Shown here piece after piece: positions 25,758 to 40,000 of a stretch of 64,000 bases of DNA. A model generated the notes under the pieces. It did not search any database and was not told the origin of the DNA. It was given only the letters and a program-made list of their open reading frames with translations. Location of the stretch: the NCBI GenBank assembly GCA_002633005.1, contig NMRA01000402.1, forward strand, positions 25,663 through 89,662, in the 5' to 3' direction. This stretch comes from Phoronis australis (lineage: Eukaryota > Animalia > Phoronida). The number at the start of each line of letters is the position of its first letter. Within the stretch, counting starts at the first letter, position 1. The position numbers and the translations under genes were made by a program.

Positions 25758-26290
25758 NNNNNNNNNNNNNNNNNNNNNNNNNNNNNNNNNNNNNNNNNNN
25801 NNNNNNNNNNNNNNNNNNNNNNNNNNNNNNNNNNNNNNNNNNNNNNNNNNNNNNNNNNNNNNNNNNNNNNNNNNNNNNNNNNNNNNNNNNNNNNNNNNNN
25901 NNNNNNNNNNNNNNNNNNNNNNNNNNNNNNNNNNNNNNNNNNNNNNNNNNNNNNNNNNNNNNNNNNNNNNNNNNNNNNNNNNNNNNNNNNNNNNNNNNNN
26001 NNNNNNNNNNNNNNNNNNNNNNNNNNNNNNNNNNNNNNNNNNNNNNNNNNNNNNNNNNNNNNNNNNNNNNNNNNNNNNNNNNNNNNNNNNNNNNNNNNNN
26101 NNNNNNNNNNNNNNNNNNNNNNNNNNNNNNNNNNNNNNNNNNNNNNNNNNNNNNNNNNNNNNNNNNNNNNNNNNNNNNNNNNNNNNNNNNNNNNNNNNNN
26201 NNNNNNNNNNNNNNNNNNNNNNNNNNNNNNNNNNNNNNNNNNNNNNNNNNNNNNNNNNNNNNNNNNNNNNNNNNNNNNNNNNNNNNNNNN
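25758..26290. other. Assembly gap (N run)
   Basis: Run of N. Confidence 1.
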
Positions 26291-27794
26291 TATAAATACA
26301 CTACATATGCAAACGAATCACGATATATTACTAATAAAACAAAATAATGAAGACTTTTCGAGCAAGCCATAGCACATTCAGTTACAAGGAAAAAATGGCG
26401 GCGTTCAGGACAAGTTCCTGAACTGATGAGCCGGAAATGTGGGTACGGAAATAACCGATGACAACCGGTAATCATACGCTCAGAGAGAAGGGTCAAATAC
26501 TGTTAAAAAATCGCTTTTGGCAAGAAAGGCGAAAAGAATATAAAGAAAGGGTGTCGAAAATAAGAATTTATGTAGTAAGTATTTTCGGATACTAGAACCA
26601 CATGGGCAGTTTGCAACAAGGACTTTAACGTTGGGCTCAACATTTGTGTTTCCTGTTCAACTCATGCAAGACATTGAACGGGTTGTATGCAAAGTTGTAC
26701 GGCGACTTATCATCAACAGTTGACAAAGCTCCTACATATTCAGGTAGAAATCTGGTGGAATCATCTCTGCCTCTTAATCATGATTGTCTGCTGTTACCTG
26801 CCAAAAGAACAAACTACCAGTGTGCCATTCACAAACGAGCCTTGCAACATCATGTCATTGTACCATCTCCACTTGGTAATGGTTGGCTTTGAGCAGGGCA
26901 CAGTAGTAGGAAGGTCTACTGGAGAGCTCTGCCTTTAGCTCCAGAAAATATCATGAAAAATGTTAACTAAAAGTGTAAAAAGAGTGGTTGTAGTAAAAAA
27001 TGTCCTCTTGTTTGTAGTGGGGCAAGCCATGTTCCAAGTAGTGTGACTGTTGAGATCGTGTCTCAAGAAACAACTTTGATGACATTAATAATGACGTAAA
27101 TGATGATGGAGTGGGTGAAGAATGTGTGTTATGTTGTTCAAGAACTTTAAATTTGTAGCCTAATGGAAAATATTGACAACATTTTATCATGCTTGTGTCC
27201 CTCAGGACTGCATGGTGTATGTTCCCCTGTGACAGTTGACAATGAACTGCAATGTAGGTAATGATAAAAATTGTGACAATTAATGAAAGTGATGACAGTA
27301 AATTCATTGCAGAAACCTTGGAAATGTATGTTGCTCATATGTAGGTTGTAATGTCATATCTTTTTCAAGTTCCAAATGGTTAACAATACTGTTCTTTTGG
27401 TAGGAGTTCAGAATATAGTAGTTTGTTTTCTAGCCAACAAGAGGCGCTGCTAGCATTTTTCTTTTTCTCTTTTTCGAGCAATTCTCCATCTAATGTCATA
27501 TTTATCACTTTTCTTGTCCAGTAACTTCAAATGAACAAAATCAAATCAAATTATCGTTCAATATTTGTCTAGCGTTGTTGGTTTTTGAAGATTGGTTTTC
27601 TGTGCCACATTTTGCAAAAAGTCAGATTTTTGAGGTCAGATTTCTCGAAAACGTGCAAGTCAAACCTTGGGAACTTTTTAGATTCTTAAAATATGGTACT
27701 TAATGACCTTAAAAACATCAAAATTATCTTGTCCCAAAAAGTTGCCACAGATGGGATTTTCTAGGCTTCCTAGAGTTCAATGAACTACGGCCTA
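26291..27794 (+). mobile_element. Academ-like DNA transposon remnant (C-terminal XPG/Cys-rich region, degenerate) with right terminus
   Basis: Interrupted translation SSLPLNHDCLLLPAKRTNYQCAIHKRALQ...PSPLGNGW*...APENIM...*KCKKSGCSKKC.../SC...PCSK*CDC plus an acidic tail. The element ends ...GAACTACGGCCTA (TAGGCC terminus on the opposite strand). The left end is probably in the gap. Confidence 0.6.
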
Positions 27795-27841
27795 TACGTA
27801 ATGGGCGCGTGAACCTCACGCGCACGACGTCAAATCGTCGT

Positions 27842-28062
27842 TCAGTTACTCCTGCAGCTCCCAAGACTGGCACTTTTATTTAATGGTATAGTAGTCAGGG
27901 GCTCGCGCGTTGACTCGACGCGGTCTTTGCTCATGAAGCTTGACTCCGTTGTGTATCTGTAAGAGTAGCCACTATACTTGAAACGGCCCGTTCGGTGTTG
28001 TCGACGAGCAGAAGCTGGCATTAAACAACTGCATGCGTGCTTGAATTCCTTTTTGAAAGTGG
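27842..28062 (-). CDS. HCRTR2: Orexin/allatotropin receptor coding exon 5 (helix 8 and C-tail)
   Basis: ttgcag| acceptor; (A)TFKKEFKHACSCLMPASARRQHR...SLGSCRSN*; phase matches exon 4. Confidence 0.85.
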
Positions 28063-31000
28063 CTGCAAAGTAAAGAAGGCGGTGTTAAACTAGTTACTGA
28101 GAAGGAGTAGACGATTTCATTCACTTTTGAACGGTGATTTGTCTTAAAAATGGCGCCAAGTATCTAAATCACCAACAAATGCTAACTCTTTCACCGAGGG
28201 TGCACAATGGTAACATGCGCGAACCCAGTGTGGGCTCGGGGGGCTCGAAGGAGCCCCCCCATTTGGCGAAGTGGGCAAAAAGGTCCACCCCTCAGAGACA
28301 AAAATTCCGGGAAAATAGGACAAAAGTACACTAAAAAAGGGAAAACGCGCACAGTGGTGCTCCCGTTTTTTTTTTTAGTCCGCCCTCACTTTTGTTAGCA
28401 AAATGTCCACAACGTCAGGAATTCGAGCCCCACATATTGAAGGCTGGGTGTGCGCATTTGGTAAGCTGTTAGTTTTAACAGCACGTATATGCTGCCAGGA
28501 ACCAGCATCAGGATATTGTCAGCTTAATAAGATCAATTCAAGATATACGGTGCTGGTGTTATTCCGTAGTAAATGTGTACCACTGACGAAAGCCGTACCG
28601 GTATCTAACACACTGCACACTTTCTACATGTATACTGCTTAGAGCCGTTAAGAAGTTCGTCTTCGAATCGTTGCTATTGTACGGCTAGCATCGTAGCAAA
28701 ATAAACGAAAGGTGTTGTGTACATGTAATCTCTACAACATTTTTAAACGCGAAAGTAAGCAACGCGCAATCTTGGCAACTAAAAAAGATCCACATGAGGA
28801 ACTCTTTACAGACAGAAATATGACAGTTGTGCTTTACTCAAAGCCAACTGCGTGGTTTGCAGCCGGAAAGAAGCTAATCTCACTTTAATCCTATAGTTTC
28901 CTTGTCAATGACAATGGCGAGAAGGACGAGAATTTTAGCTGTGTCATGCCTGGAGTTTTCGTATGCATCTTACCATATGAGAATTTACATGTATAGACTG
29001 TTCATTACCTACATAATTTTTCACTTGCGATTTTCCATACAATGAACAGACATACATGTACAGTATGCTGAAATAGATGATATTTTTTAGGAAATAAAAC
29101 GCAGAAGAACATTTTAAAAGTCCTGAGACGTGATGACGCTTAGAACCATTCACGTCTGTGAAGTACTTTAAGCATTTTGCTTCCCTTCAACATGAAATCA
29201 CCGTCACTAGTAGACAAAAATATTAGCTAAAATTGGCATTTTTAAATGTCTTTCTGGAAATATTTACGTTTTTGCAACGAATGATATAAAGTTCGAAACG
29301 TCCTTTGGTGACAGCTTTGATTATGCAACCAATAGGGCAAAAGTTTACTGGAAATATTTTTGAACAATTGAACAAAACAAAAGTCGACGACCTCGCGGCC
29401 ATATTGAGTCTTACCAAATAGGAAATGTTTTACGAAACATGGTCATTAAGCCTGTAAACTGTTTCATCATTACTTTGGTAACAACACACTGAGTTGAAAA
29501 ATACACGATTCAGTCTTTGGACCGTTTCACTCACCACTCATGAAGTTGTAGATAATCGGATTGACAGCGCTATTCAAGTAGCAGAGCCAATGAGACACTA
29601 ACGCAATCGATCTGCCAGTCTCTTCGTGTGCAATCTTAACTCCAGCAAACCTACAGATGAGAAAAACCGTTAAGCTAACTTGATGGGCTAGTAGCGTACG
29701 TGCATATCCAATACAGTACGAATGACGTAAGGAGGACCCGAACGTGTGGACACGGGTGCGACGAACGAACAGTTGATTTACATCTAGGTTTATAGCAACC
29801 AGTCGTTGTCTCAGTACAAAACAGACCATAACAATATGTGCAGTATTAGCTAAGATCATGTACATGTAAATTTGCTTGGTTTTCCCATAACATTTTTTAA
29901 AACTGCACAGAAATGTAAGCATGCCTTTTCTTTTATCCCCGATATGAAGCCCATGATCGTAATATGTACACGTACATGTACGTGTTCGGTGACAATTTTT
30001 GCAGAATTTGATGAATATTATATTAAATTAGCCTTTATCCTGCGTGAAAGAATTAGATGAACACGAGTCAGTAACATCTCATAGTAAATTTCTGTATCAG
30101 TATGATCCACTGAAAATGTTCTAAAACAATTATTAATCCTATAAAAAGGCATTAATTTTTGCTAACAAAATGCACCTTAAATGTAAATGAATCATTTTAT
30201 TTAAAGACACAGACGATGTCTCAAACCTTTCCACATCACAATGAAAATTAATTTTCACTTAATCCAGAAATGTCGTTCAAGGCTGTAGCAAGTAAATGGT
30301 GCTTCAAAAACCACCACTTTTGTTCGCATGGCAACCCTTGGGCGGTTCCAAATCAATGACAAGTGACCGATCAAATCCTTTTAATGGCATGGAAATTGTT
30401 ATCGTGGCAAGGTAATGTTTGAGACCAATTAGCATCTCAAAATATTATTATAAGGTTATGGTAAGGTATTCGAGAATGACCTTATCGTGAAATTTGAAAT
30501 CAAGATCAGCACCTAACTGTGGGCGAAGAATGTTTTGAAAACCGCAGCCGTTTTTAATGAAAACAGAGTCGTGTGAACATGGTCTCAGCCGTTATTTGCG
30601 CAGAATGGCATGGCATTATATTCGGGTCGTTGCATTTTCAGATGTTCCCAAAATGCAACATTTGGCCTATAAGATCATGGATTTATACATACGGTAAGAG
30701 CTTATGTTTAGGTCGCAATCTCCCGAATGGAACACACGTTTAAAATTTCAAAGTGAAGTGATGAAGTTGAATCAATCCGTTTTGAGACAAGGATTTTAAA
30801 AAGTGTTCTCTCACCGTAGACCGAAAAATATACGCAGATATTTATCATTTTCTCATAACTTTTCTGATGGACACATCAGTGAGTGCATGTATGAATATGT
30901 TCATTTCCAGAATTTCTTTGAAATGAAGAACAAAAAAACAGAAGGTAGGCTAGTAATTTCAAGCAGTTCTTATCTTTTATTTAAGTTCAGATCGACGACT

Positions 31001-34000
31001 AAAAAACTGCCTACGCATTTTCTGTTGCTTACTGTGGCTCAATGCAAAGATTGCATTCGAGTTTTTGGTATCTCTGTTCCTGCATTCAATACTAAAACAT
31101 GAGTCAAACATTTAAACAGTTATGTAAATTAAAATTTAACCTGAATATATTTATCAGATGGACTGGTAGGTAGCAAACAGCGAACATAACCACTATGGTG
31201 ATAAGCATTTTGGCTACATTTCGCCTCGCTTTCAGTTGCTTCTCCTGATTAGCAGACGGTGATGATGCACTGCTGCCTCGGTTGATGCCTTTTAACTGTC
31301 CTTTGGAGTTCGAAACCCTTTCCTCTGTCAAAGACAAACATTTGAAACATCAAGAATGTAAAAAAGATGCCCTAAAAGCACAGAATGTGCAAAAATTGTT
31401 GTGCGATTAAAAGTTGAGACACTGGGGCGTTTCCTACGCTTTTGACGGCATGTTGGTGCTTATGAAGCTTCTCCGTATACTTCAAAAGTGTTACTTTTGT
31501 CTAAAAAGCGCAGGTTTAAACAGTACACACCATGGATTTTTACACATTTTTAATTAACGGTTGCCACAGACTAAATGTATGACGTAAAATTTAGCTAAAC
31601 CCATGTTTATTTTGTGTAATTAGCTCGAAATTTTGATTTTTCTTTCAATTTTGCCAATTTTCAGATTTACCGCCATGTGACGTCATGGGTTGAACACAAG
31701 AGATCAGTGACTAGCATTGAACAATGGCGGAGAGCAGGGAATTTGAAAGCGACGACGATTATGAGCAAGAATTGAACGAATACTATAAAGAGACGTACGG
31801 GAATAGTGGCCAGGATGAGGAAATGGGGTTGCACGAAACCGAGAACAAGTTTAATGTGCTTCCGGCTGCGTACTTTTCTACTTTGAGCCTTACGAACTGG
31901 ATCCTCCAGCGAGAGAAGCGGCCTCGGGCTCGGCGAGTCAACCCAGTCATTCAACAGATGATCCTGAATTAAGAGCTGATGTTTCTGAATGATAAATATT
32001 GTCCTTTATTGAACCAGGCCTTCATCGTAACGTCTCCTGTGACTGGAGTCGAAACACGAGTCCTCAAAGTGGGCAGAACACAGAGTGGCCCCGCACCGAA
32101 TTGCTTGGTCCACGATGACGTCCCACACCCTCGTTCGGCGCACGAAGCGATGCCACTTCTGCGCAACTTTGGTGTCCTTCGGAACACCGAGACGTTCTCC
32201 GCCTCAGTGGCTGCTGTTGCTGCAGCCTCCGGAAACACATCTTTTGATCCCTCTACGAACCTTTTCGACGCTAAATGTACTTTGCTTTCTCTTCACTCTA
32301 TACACTTTGTCTCTGATCCGAACAGTATGGCGAACGACTTGGGTTCAACCCATGACGTTGTACATAATTATTATTTTTTCAATTTTTGCGTGTTTCTTTA
32401 TAAGCTGTGCACTAAAGGCACTGAAATCTAGTAAGATACAATAATAAAATTTATTTTGAGGCACTAGAGTCATGTTGTGTACACTTTAAAGCACTGTTGT
32501 TAAAATGTGTTTCAGCGTACTAAACTGGTAAAGCCAAAGGCCTTGGTCTGAGCAAATGACTGGTAGATAACAGCGAGAAAATGCGTCATTTAATACAATC
32601 AGTAAAAACTAATTATTTTGTTTCATAGCCTTGTTCATAGCTTATAACTTCAGGAAGTTTATCCACGTGCCACAATAATCCCTATAGTAAAATGGACGAT
32701 GGCCCTTTAACTAACCATGCAGAATGGCAAAGCAGAAATTATTTCAAATACCCATTTCAATTGAAAACGTTTTCAAAGTACAAGTGCTTCCCAGAGGGTG
32801 TGTTTATTTATCTTGTTAAGCTTTTTGGCGCAGAACTTTCTAATTTCCTCAATCTTTTTGGAATTAAAATACCTTGGGCTGTACATGTAGTTGCTTTAGG
32901 AAATTGTTTTACAAAGAGACTGCATAAGTGTAAATTCAAATACATAGATCCAGATTGTCAAAACGCGCGAGCAAGCTGAGCAGAAGCCATTTCCCAGAGT
33001 AGTTTGAAGCCTGGTCCTGAATATCCACCAGCTAGAGTACGGTTTGGGTAAAACTTGGGCAATTTAAACGAAGTTTCCTTTTTTAGTCCGCACAATTTAA
33101 AGTTGCTGAACTGTCGCTATGAAATTTATGTCAATTTTTTTACATCCAACCGTGGTATACGACCGTTAAAGAGGCATGGAACGCAAAAGCACGTCAAAAT
33201 TATCTTTTATATTTTAAACAAATCCTGACGAAAGTGTTATCTCGCAACGTGTACTACAGTTATTCACTTTCACATGTGAGTGAATGAATTCCACGAAAAA
33301 ACAAAAAATCGGGATTTTTTTAAATACGCGCGAAGTGAGAAATCTGTTCTCACCACAGAGTGTCTAGTCTTCATCCCACTTATGATAAACGCGCGCATGC
33401 GCTCACAGTCATTCGACAAACAGGTCAGTGACAAGCCTATAACAGCATGTGTGATCGTACTCCGAATTTGAGGACAACACCACAGCATGAGGCAAGACAG
33501 TGAAGCAGGAGATTTCCCCAAGAGTATTCCAAGTGCACTTTAGAGTATATCTGAATATAGCGATACCTTTGTAACTAATTTTAAACATCAATTGCCCCTT
33601 AATCGGCTTCTGCTTGAAGTCGACATTGTTTTGTTTACATCAAATGTCAGAGGTCATATTTTCAGGGAAATTGTCCTAAGTCTACATGTATGTCTTGCTG
33701 TTATACCAAATGAAGAGACGTGCTTTGCCTTGTGGGAGAAAAATCAGAGAAACGAGTAGTTGAGATATCGTTTTATTTAAATTTGAAGCTAAAAAAATTA
33801 TTTTAACATCAACAGAAATTCAAAATCTTCTCGAACAAACCGTAAAATGTCTGGTGAACATATTGAATTCTGTTTCAATTGGCATTAGACTGTTTTTCGC
33901 TTCCCAGGCTTCGTTAAAAGAAAGAACATCTGATGAACGCCATTTGCTTACACCATTATCCAGCGTAGATTTGAAACTACACCCTCGTGACACGAGCACG

Positions 34001-37000
34001 CGTCTGCACATTTTTGGTTTGGTAAAGTGATCTCTTTTCGAATATGATGACAATATTGCTGAAGAAAAACTTCCTCAGAAACTCGGCTCGCTGGTAATAA
34101 AGTACTAAAAAACGAAGTATAACCATTTCTGGTAAATTTTTGGGAACTGTGGGCAAACTTTTGAAAAAAGAATTGTGTATTGACGAATAGGCAAAGAGAG
34201 AAGTTGGCCAACAGACAGCACTCTATTTGATGGCGCTCAAAGTTTGACGCATATGATCGCTCCACAAATTTAACCGCAGAATAACGGACGCGCCGCTAAA
34301 AGTACAAGTCTACTCAAGGAAGAGTGTAGCTTTCAACTACATAGTTTTTGCGTCAGATTTAATTGTTCTCACTTTTTACCCAGATCGAACCACAGCTGCA
34401 GATTTATACAGCTTTGCAACAAAGCTAGTAGATCCCGAATTAACATTAGCCATTTTAATCTACATGTAAGTGAAAGACAAGAGTATTAGTGCAGTGACGA
34501 ATACGTTCAGCTAAGTATAAATTGAAGTGCACGCAAAGTTCGATCGTTCGACACTATTAAACATTGTCGACAGTACAGAGAGTACATGTAAGCCTACGTA
34601 CAGAAAGCACGCGTATTCAGGGACCGATTTAGGAATTTCGAATTAGAGGGACAAGGTTCGGTGAAGTGTACCCGACGTCAACATGCAAAAGACTATGCGT
34701 ATTCATGTGGATTATGGAATTTTGTTCCCTCACTTGTCGACTTTTTAAACGTCCAGTTTTGACTTACTTGAAAAATTGAGAGAATTTTAAGTGGCGCAGT
34801 GCACCCGTTACTAGTGTAAAACAGAAACCATCTTTATCCAAGAGGACCCAATGATATTCATTGTTTAGTTTTCAAACCTTGTTGCAAAATTTTAAACCTA
34901 ATTACGTCTTTGACTATTTCAGAAATTCAAATATTCCGTGCCGATGCACTGAAGTTTCACTTAAGTATCACGGCCATGTGAGGCCACAAATTTTCACCAC
35001 TACACAAACCTGTCACAACCTACAATTTGTGACATTTTATACAAACCTGCGAACCACCAACTGTTGCACCCCTTGAGTGGTCGTGAATGGCTACAAATAC
35101 AATGTAGGTTATACCTACCTTACTCATTTCCTTTGACATGCACCACCAGTGCCTTCCACAGCGAGTTAATCTTTCAGACGAAGGAAAAGGAAACTCGCGG
35201 CCATGGATGCTATCAGTATGTCCCCTACAAGTGCTGGGGCCCTTAAATACGGCAGGATATATACTTGCAAAAAATGGGAAACAAGCAGCAATTGATTCTA
35301 GCATTAGGCTCCTCTCCGTCCCAATTTTTCATGATACGCAATTTCAAAAAACGGAAAACAGAGAGCGAGAGGTGACCTTTATATCTATTGCTGAAGAAGG
35401 GTCCCTGGAAATACATGTGCACGTAAAGTTTGCACTTCCTACAAACATTGTTTCTTGAATTTGAAAATGAAACTAGTGCTTTCCGTTGTCAAAAACAAGG
35501 CCGACGTTATAACGGTAAGTGGCCAAAATCAAAACTTTTTAAAGATGCTTTAATCAGTCTAGGTCTGGAAATCTGTGCCTAAAACTTTTTCTCGGAATTG
35601 TCGGAGTTTGTTGATTGAGAACACGTTTTCAGGAGCATTTGGATGATCTACACTGTATACCGCAAAAATGGTGCCCTTTAACAAACATATCCGTGCCAAT
35701 CCTCCCAAGGCACTGTTAGTTACCAGAACATATCTTTCGGTTTCAATTTTAACACTATAATATGAACAAGGACGGACACTACTCACTGGTAGACAGTTGG
35801 GATTAAAATATGTTTCTTAATGCGGAGGAAAATCTTGTTCACCAAAATGGCAGGAGAATCACCGGCTATTATAGCTTGGGGTGGCTGAATTTTATAAAGC
35901 GTTGCATGGAGTTCAGAAAATGCAGGGTTTCGAATTTACAAAAAAATGACATTGTGACCAATTGCTGCATGTGATACGCGTGTCTGGTGCCGTTGGATTA
36001 AACTTCTTTTCTCTGTTGATTGAATACACTAACACTCATTGAGTGGTCTGTAAACTACAAAAACTCATTTCTAACCCCGATTGAAGTGAAATGGCGCATG
36101 CGCAATGATACCGGACCAAGCGAATTGGGCTAGTTGGTTGAAGGACGAGAAAATACATTTGTTGGCTAACCTTGAACTTTTGCAATAGAATTATAGTTCT
36201 CAGAATGTTACACCACGCAGAATGATTCCTAGTCTAATAATTTCGTTGTCGCGCCATTGACCACATATAAAATGTGTTTGACACCCACAGAACTAATAAA
36301 AAAGGAAATCATGACTAAACGATTTTCGCATGTACTATCACCGATCACCACCCACTTATTGAAGAAACAACACTTTTCTAATTAGTGAAAATGAAAAAAA
36401 AACAACAATGTGATTAACGACTGAGGTCTACTTGGAACAAATATTTGTGTTATTTACCTGAACTGCCTGCTAAACCAGGTATTGAGTTTCCCCACAGACT
36501 ATGCGCTATCCGAGTATAGCAGTAGGCCATCAGCACCAGCGGGAGAAAGAAAAGCAAGACAGTTAGCGTCACGTGGAAGGCGGCTTGGTTCTCCTCATCC
36601 CACGTCTCGGACCACGTGGGGATGCACCAGGTTAACAGCAGAGTCCCGTTGGATTTGGGCATGGTCACATCGAGGACTACGAGATCGGTTACGTGAATAC
36701 ACATTGGTATTAGCCAGATAATGCAGCCGATCATCAGATTCCTACCCTTTGAAGCACCACTCTTGAACTTGAGCGGATGACAGATGGCGTTAAAGCGGTC
36801 CAGGGAGATGAAACTCAACGTCAGTACAGATACGTCCACAGATATCGCCTGTAAGCCATCGTATACCTTATTTAAATTCAAACGAAAACAAAATATACAA
36901 AGAACATACTATACTTGTACAGGTAGAGCTGTACCTGACATTAAGGACCGTTGTGCATTTTTGGCATCTACTATAAACAGGTTATTATTTAGATGACTTA

Positions 37001-40000
37001 TTATTATTAAAATGACATAAGTAAAAAGTTATTTTTCGAACCTATTATTAATATAGGGGCCCCAATCGAAGACATTCACGAGCGGAGGTCACCTACATTA
37101 ACATATGAGAAACCCGCTTTATGGGTCTCCGTTTATTAATATAAGCTGGCCTGTTTTTTGGCCGCCTTCAGATGAGGTCCCCCTATATTAATAAAAGAAG
37201 GCATCGCTTTGGCCACTTTCAGAGGTCACCCTCATGTAAATATAGGGGATCTCACCTTTGACGCTCGAAAATAAATTTCTTGTCTGTGTCAGTCAGAAGA
37301 AAAGGTCCTTTAAAATGATAAGCTGTTCATACTATGCAGGTGTATATTATATGATGACAAATTATTTTACATTGTTGTTGAATGGTTTTCCAAATTGGAA
37401 TGAGTGTCCTTGTATTGCAGGGCCATAGGAAGCGAGGGGGCCAGGGGGGGGGCACGTGTCCCCCAAAATTTTGCAGGCGTAAGAGTTAAACCGTGGCAAC
37501 CAACATAAGCGAGGGACCATGGATAGTCGAGAAAAGAAGGACTGTGAATACGGATATGAGAGAAAATTCATGAGAACATTTGACAACTCAGTATCAGTGC
37601 ATGGTTTACTCCTTGAGGGCCCTGGTCAGGTATTGTTGTTAGGCCGGGTCTCCGTTTATGCAGCATAGGTCGTCTAAGTGCTCTTGAAAACGTACATTAC
37701 ATTTAATCATTCATACAAGTATTTCAAAAAATGGAGAAAATTGTAAATTCAATAAGACAATTTTTAATGCAAAACTATGTTTTTCCTGAGGTTCCTCTCT
37801 GGCAAAGGATAACACAGACAACTTCTCCTCTATTTTTTCGTTTTTTTTTTCTCGAAATTGTATATCACTTTAGAAAAACTTAATGACCTGATTAATAACA
37901 TTAACTGCTGCGCATTTCCTGATCTTTGAAAATATAGATCTTTTCATATTTAGAGGCCCAGCCCTCTAAGGGGACCATTGATGACATTCAAGTGGCCACC
38001 CTCTTCGTGTATTTATTGACAAGTTCTTAAGGGGCCGGTCACGGAGAGAGGGACCAATATTGGAATTGATTTCCACTATCTTCCTGTTTTTTTGAAATTG
38101 TACAACCGGCTTTCACGTTGAGGAACTCACTTCTTGCAGGGTCACACGACGGTGGAATGAACTGTCACTCTTTTCCAAACCTAATGATGTTTAGCCTTTC
38201 ATTTTAAGTTATCCCATTTCAAACGGGACCCTCTTCCCGTGAGGCGGTTCGGGGGAATTGTGCCTTTGTCCCTCTATACATGTAAATCCAACATTTCCAA
38301 GTATTCAAGAGGGCAAGTTGATATTCCAAATTCATCAAAAAACACAAAACATTCGTGCACAGCACAGCAGTATCAAGACAATCGATCCAAACAACCAAAA
38401 CATGTGAAAAATACAATAGGATTGATCGCCATCGAAAGGGATGAATTTTGAAGAACACCACTATTTGTGAATTACATAAAAGTACTATTTCCGATGGTTA
38501 GTTCTAAAATAATGTTATTTTCCAAAGTATCACCAGAATGGCATAGCTTTTGAAGATCATTACCAGGAGTTTTTTGTAAGGAATTCGAACATGTCGAAAA
38601 TACTGTCCTGGCTTTTATAAGCATGTGCATGTCGCATTGGGGTACTCATTCAGAGTTACCTATAACATTCTGTTTTGATAAACAAAGTCGTTGGTTTCTG
38701 TCTTTAGATGTTTATGTACAGGTAACTTCGAAAATCGACAGATTCATAGATTAGCTTTGACAGTTAGAAGCTAGTCGTGTAAGAATTGAAGTTGTTTCAG
38801 TGAATTTAAATGTAGCTTGAAGTTGGAAAGACTTTATAATCCGATCCCCAAATAGTAAAGTACACTGAGACTATGATTGCCTATTTAAAAATAAATAACT
38901 CTCAAAGACATTGATGAAATTCGGACAGTTCCCAAAAATAAACTCACAAATCAAATGACAATAAATGCATAACTGTTTTTACTTACGTACATGTAGGTAC
39001 GACATTTGTCTTTTAAAGTCACAAACAGAAGATTAAAAATGAACTGAGTCATTAAATCAAGGATAAACGCGTTGCTCCTGGAATCGATTATTGGTTTCTT
39101 ATTTACATGTTTATGTGTTTACGAAAATCGGCTGTTTAATCGATGAATTTTTGACAATTAGAAGCTAAACTTGTGAGAAATTATTATGCTTCACTGAACT
39201 TAGTTGCAGGCCGACATTAGGAAAATTTGATCTATCATCAGATCTCCAAAAATAAAGTAATTTACTATACTAAACGATTTTTGTCTATCTGAAATAAGTA
39301 TCAATGATGTCGGACAGCTCTAAAAAGTGCCCCAAAATGTTATCACAATTCAAATGACAATAAAATGTTTATTGAGTTAGGAATTATATTAGCGGCTTAA
39401 ATACAAAAACTGTCGTTTGAAAAAGAAATTTAATCCTTAAATAAATAAAATTAAACACATTGATCATTTATTTGTTGTCTTTGCACTTCCTCGATGTTTT
39501 TAATTTCCAGTAGTGTTGCCCATTGAGATCATGTTTTTCAAAACTGAATCGTTTGCTTGCATTTCCCATGCATACTAAACAAACGGAGCACGTCATGACT
39601 GACGCACCCACGAAATTATGTGCAACCATGCAGTAGGCCCACGCAGAATCTTAGTGATCCGGGAACTCAATTTCAACTACAGGCGTTGAAGTGTGTATTA
39701 TATTTTTGACACACTCTGCATCATTTTCCCTAGCCACAAGAAACTGGACTACCGGCCGTGTTTCAGCAAGGAATTTTCATTGAAACAGCCCCAAAGGCAC
39801 TATACCAGGGATCAGCGTTCGAAATACACGCTCGCCCGGTAGCACGGAGCCAGAGGATTTGCGGCCGGGCCAGTAAACTTTCACATATAGGCCCAAGGTG
39901 GTTGTGATCTCATATTATGGCCAGCACATTTATTTGCTGAAGCTCGAACACCACCAGGGACTTCACATTTTCAAAAAAATCCTTTAAATAATAAAAAAAG

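Noticed and set aside
25660-26496. Long ORFs of 199-278 aa in the ORF track
   Set aside because: They consist mostly of the N gap.
31724-32431. Apparent 235-codon plus-strand ORF with one in-frame TAA (read-through or nested novel gene)
   Set aside because: The second half is the antisense shadow of a minus-strand THAP domain, and the homologous plus-strand frame shifts near 31850-31880; it is explained as a deleted Kolobok element.
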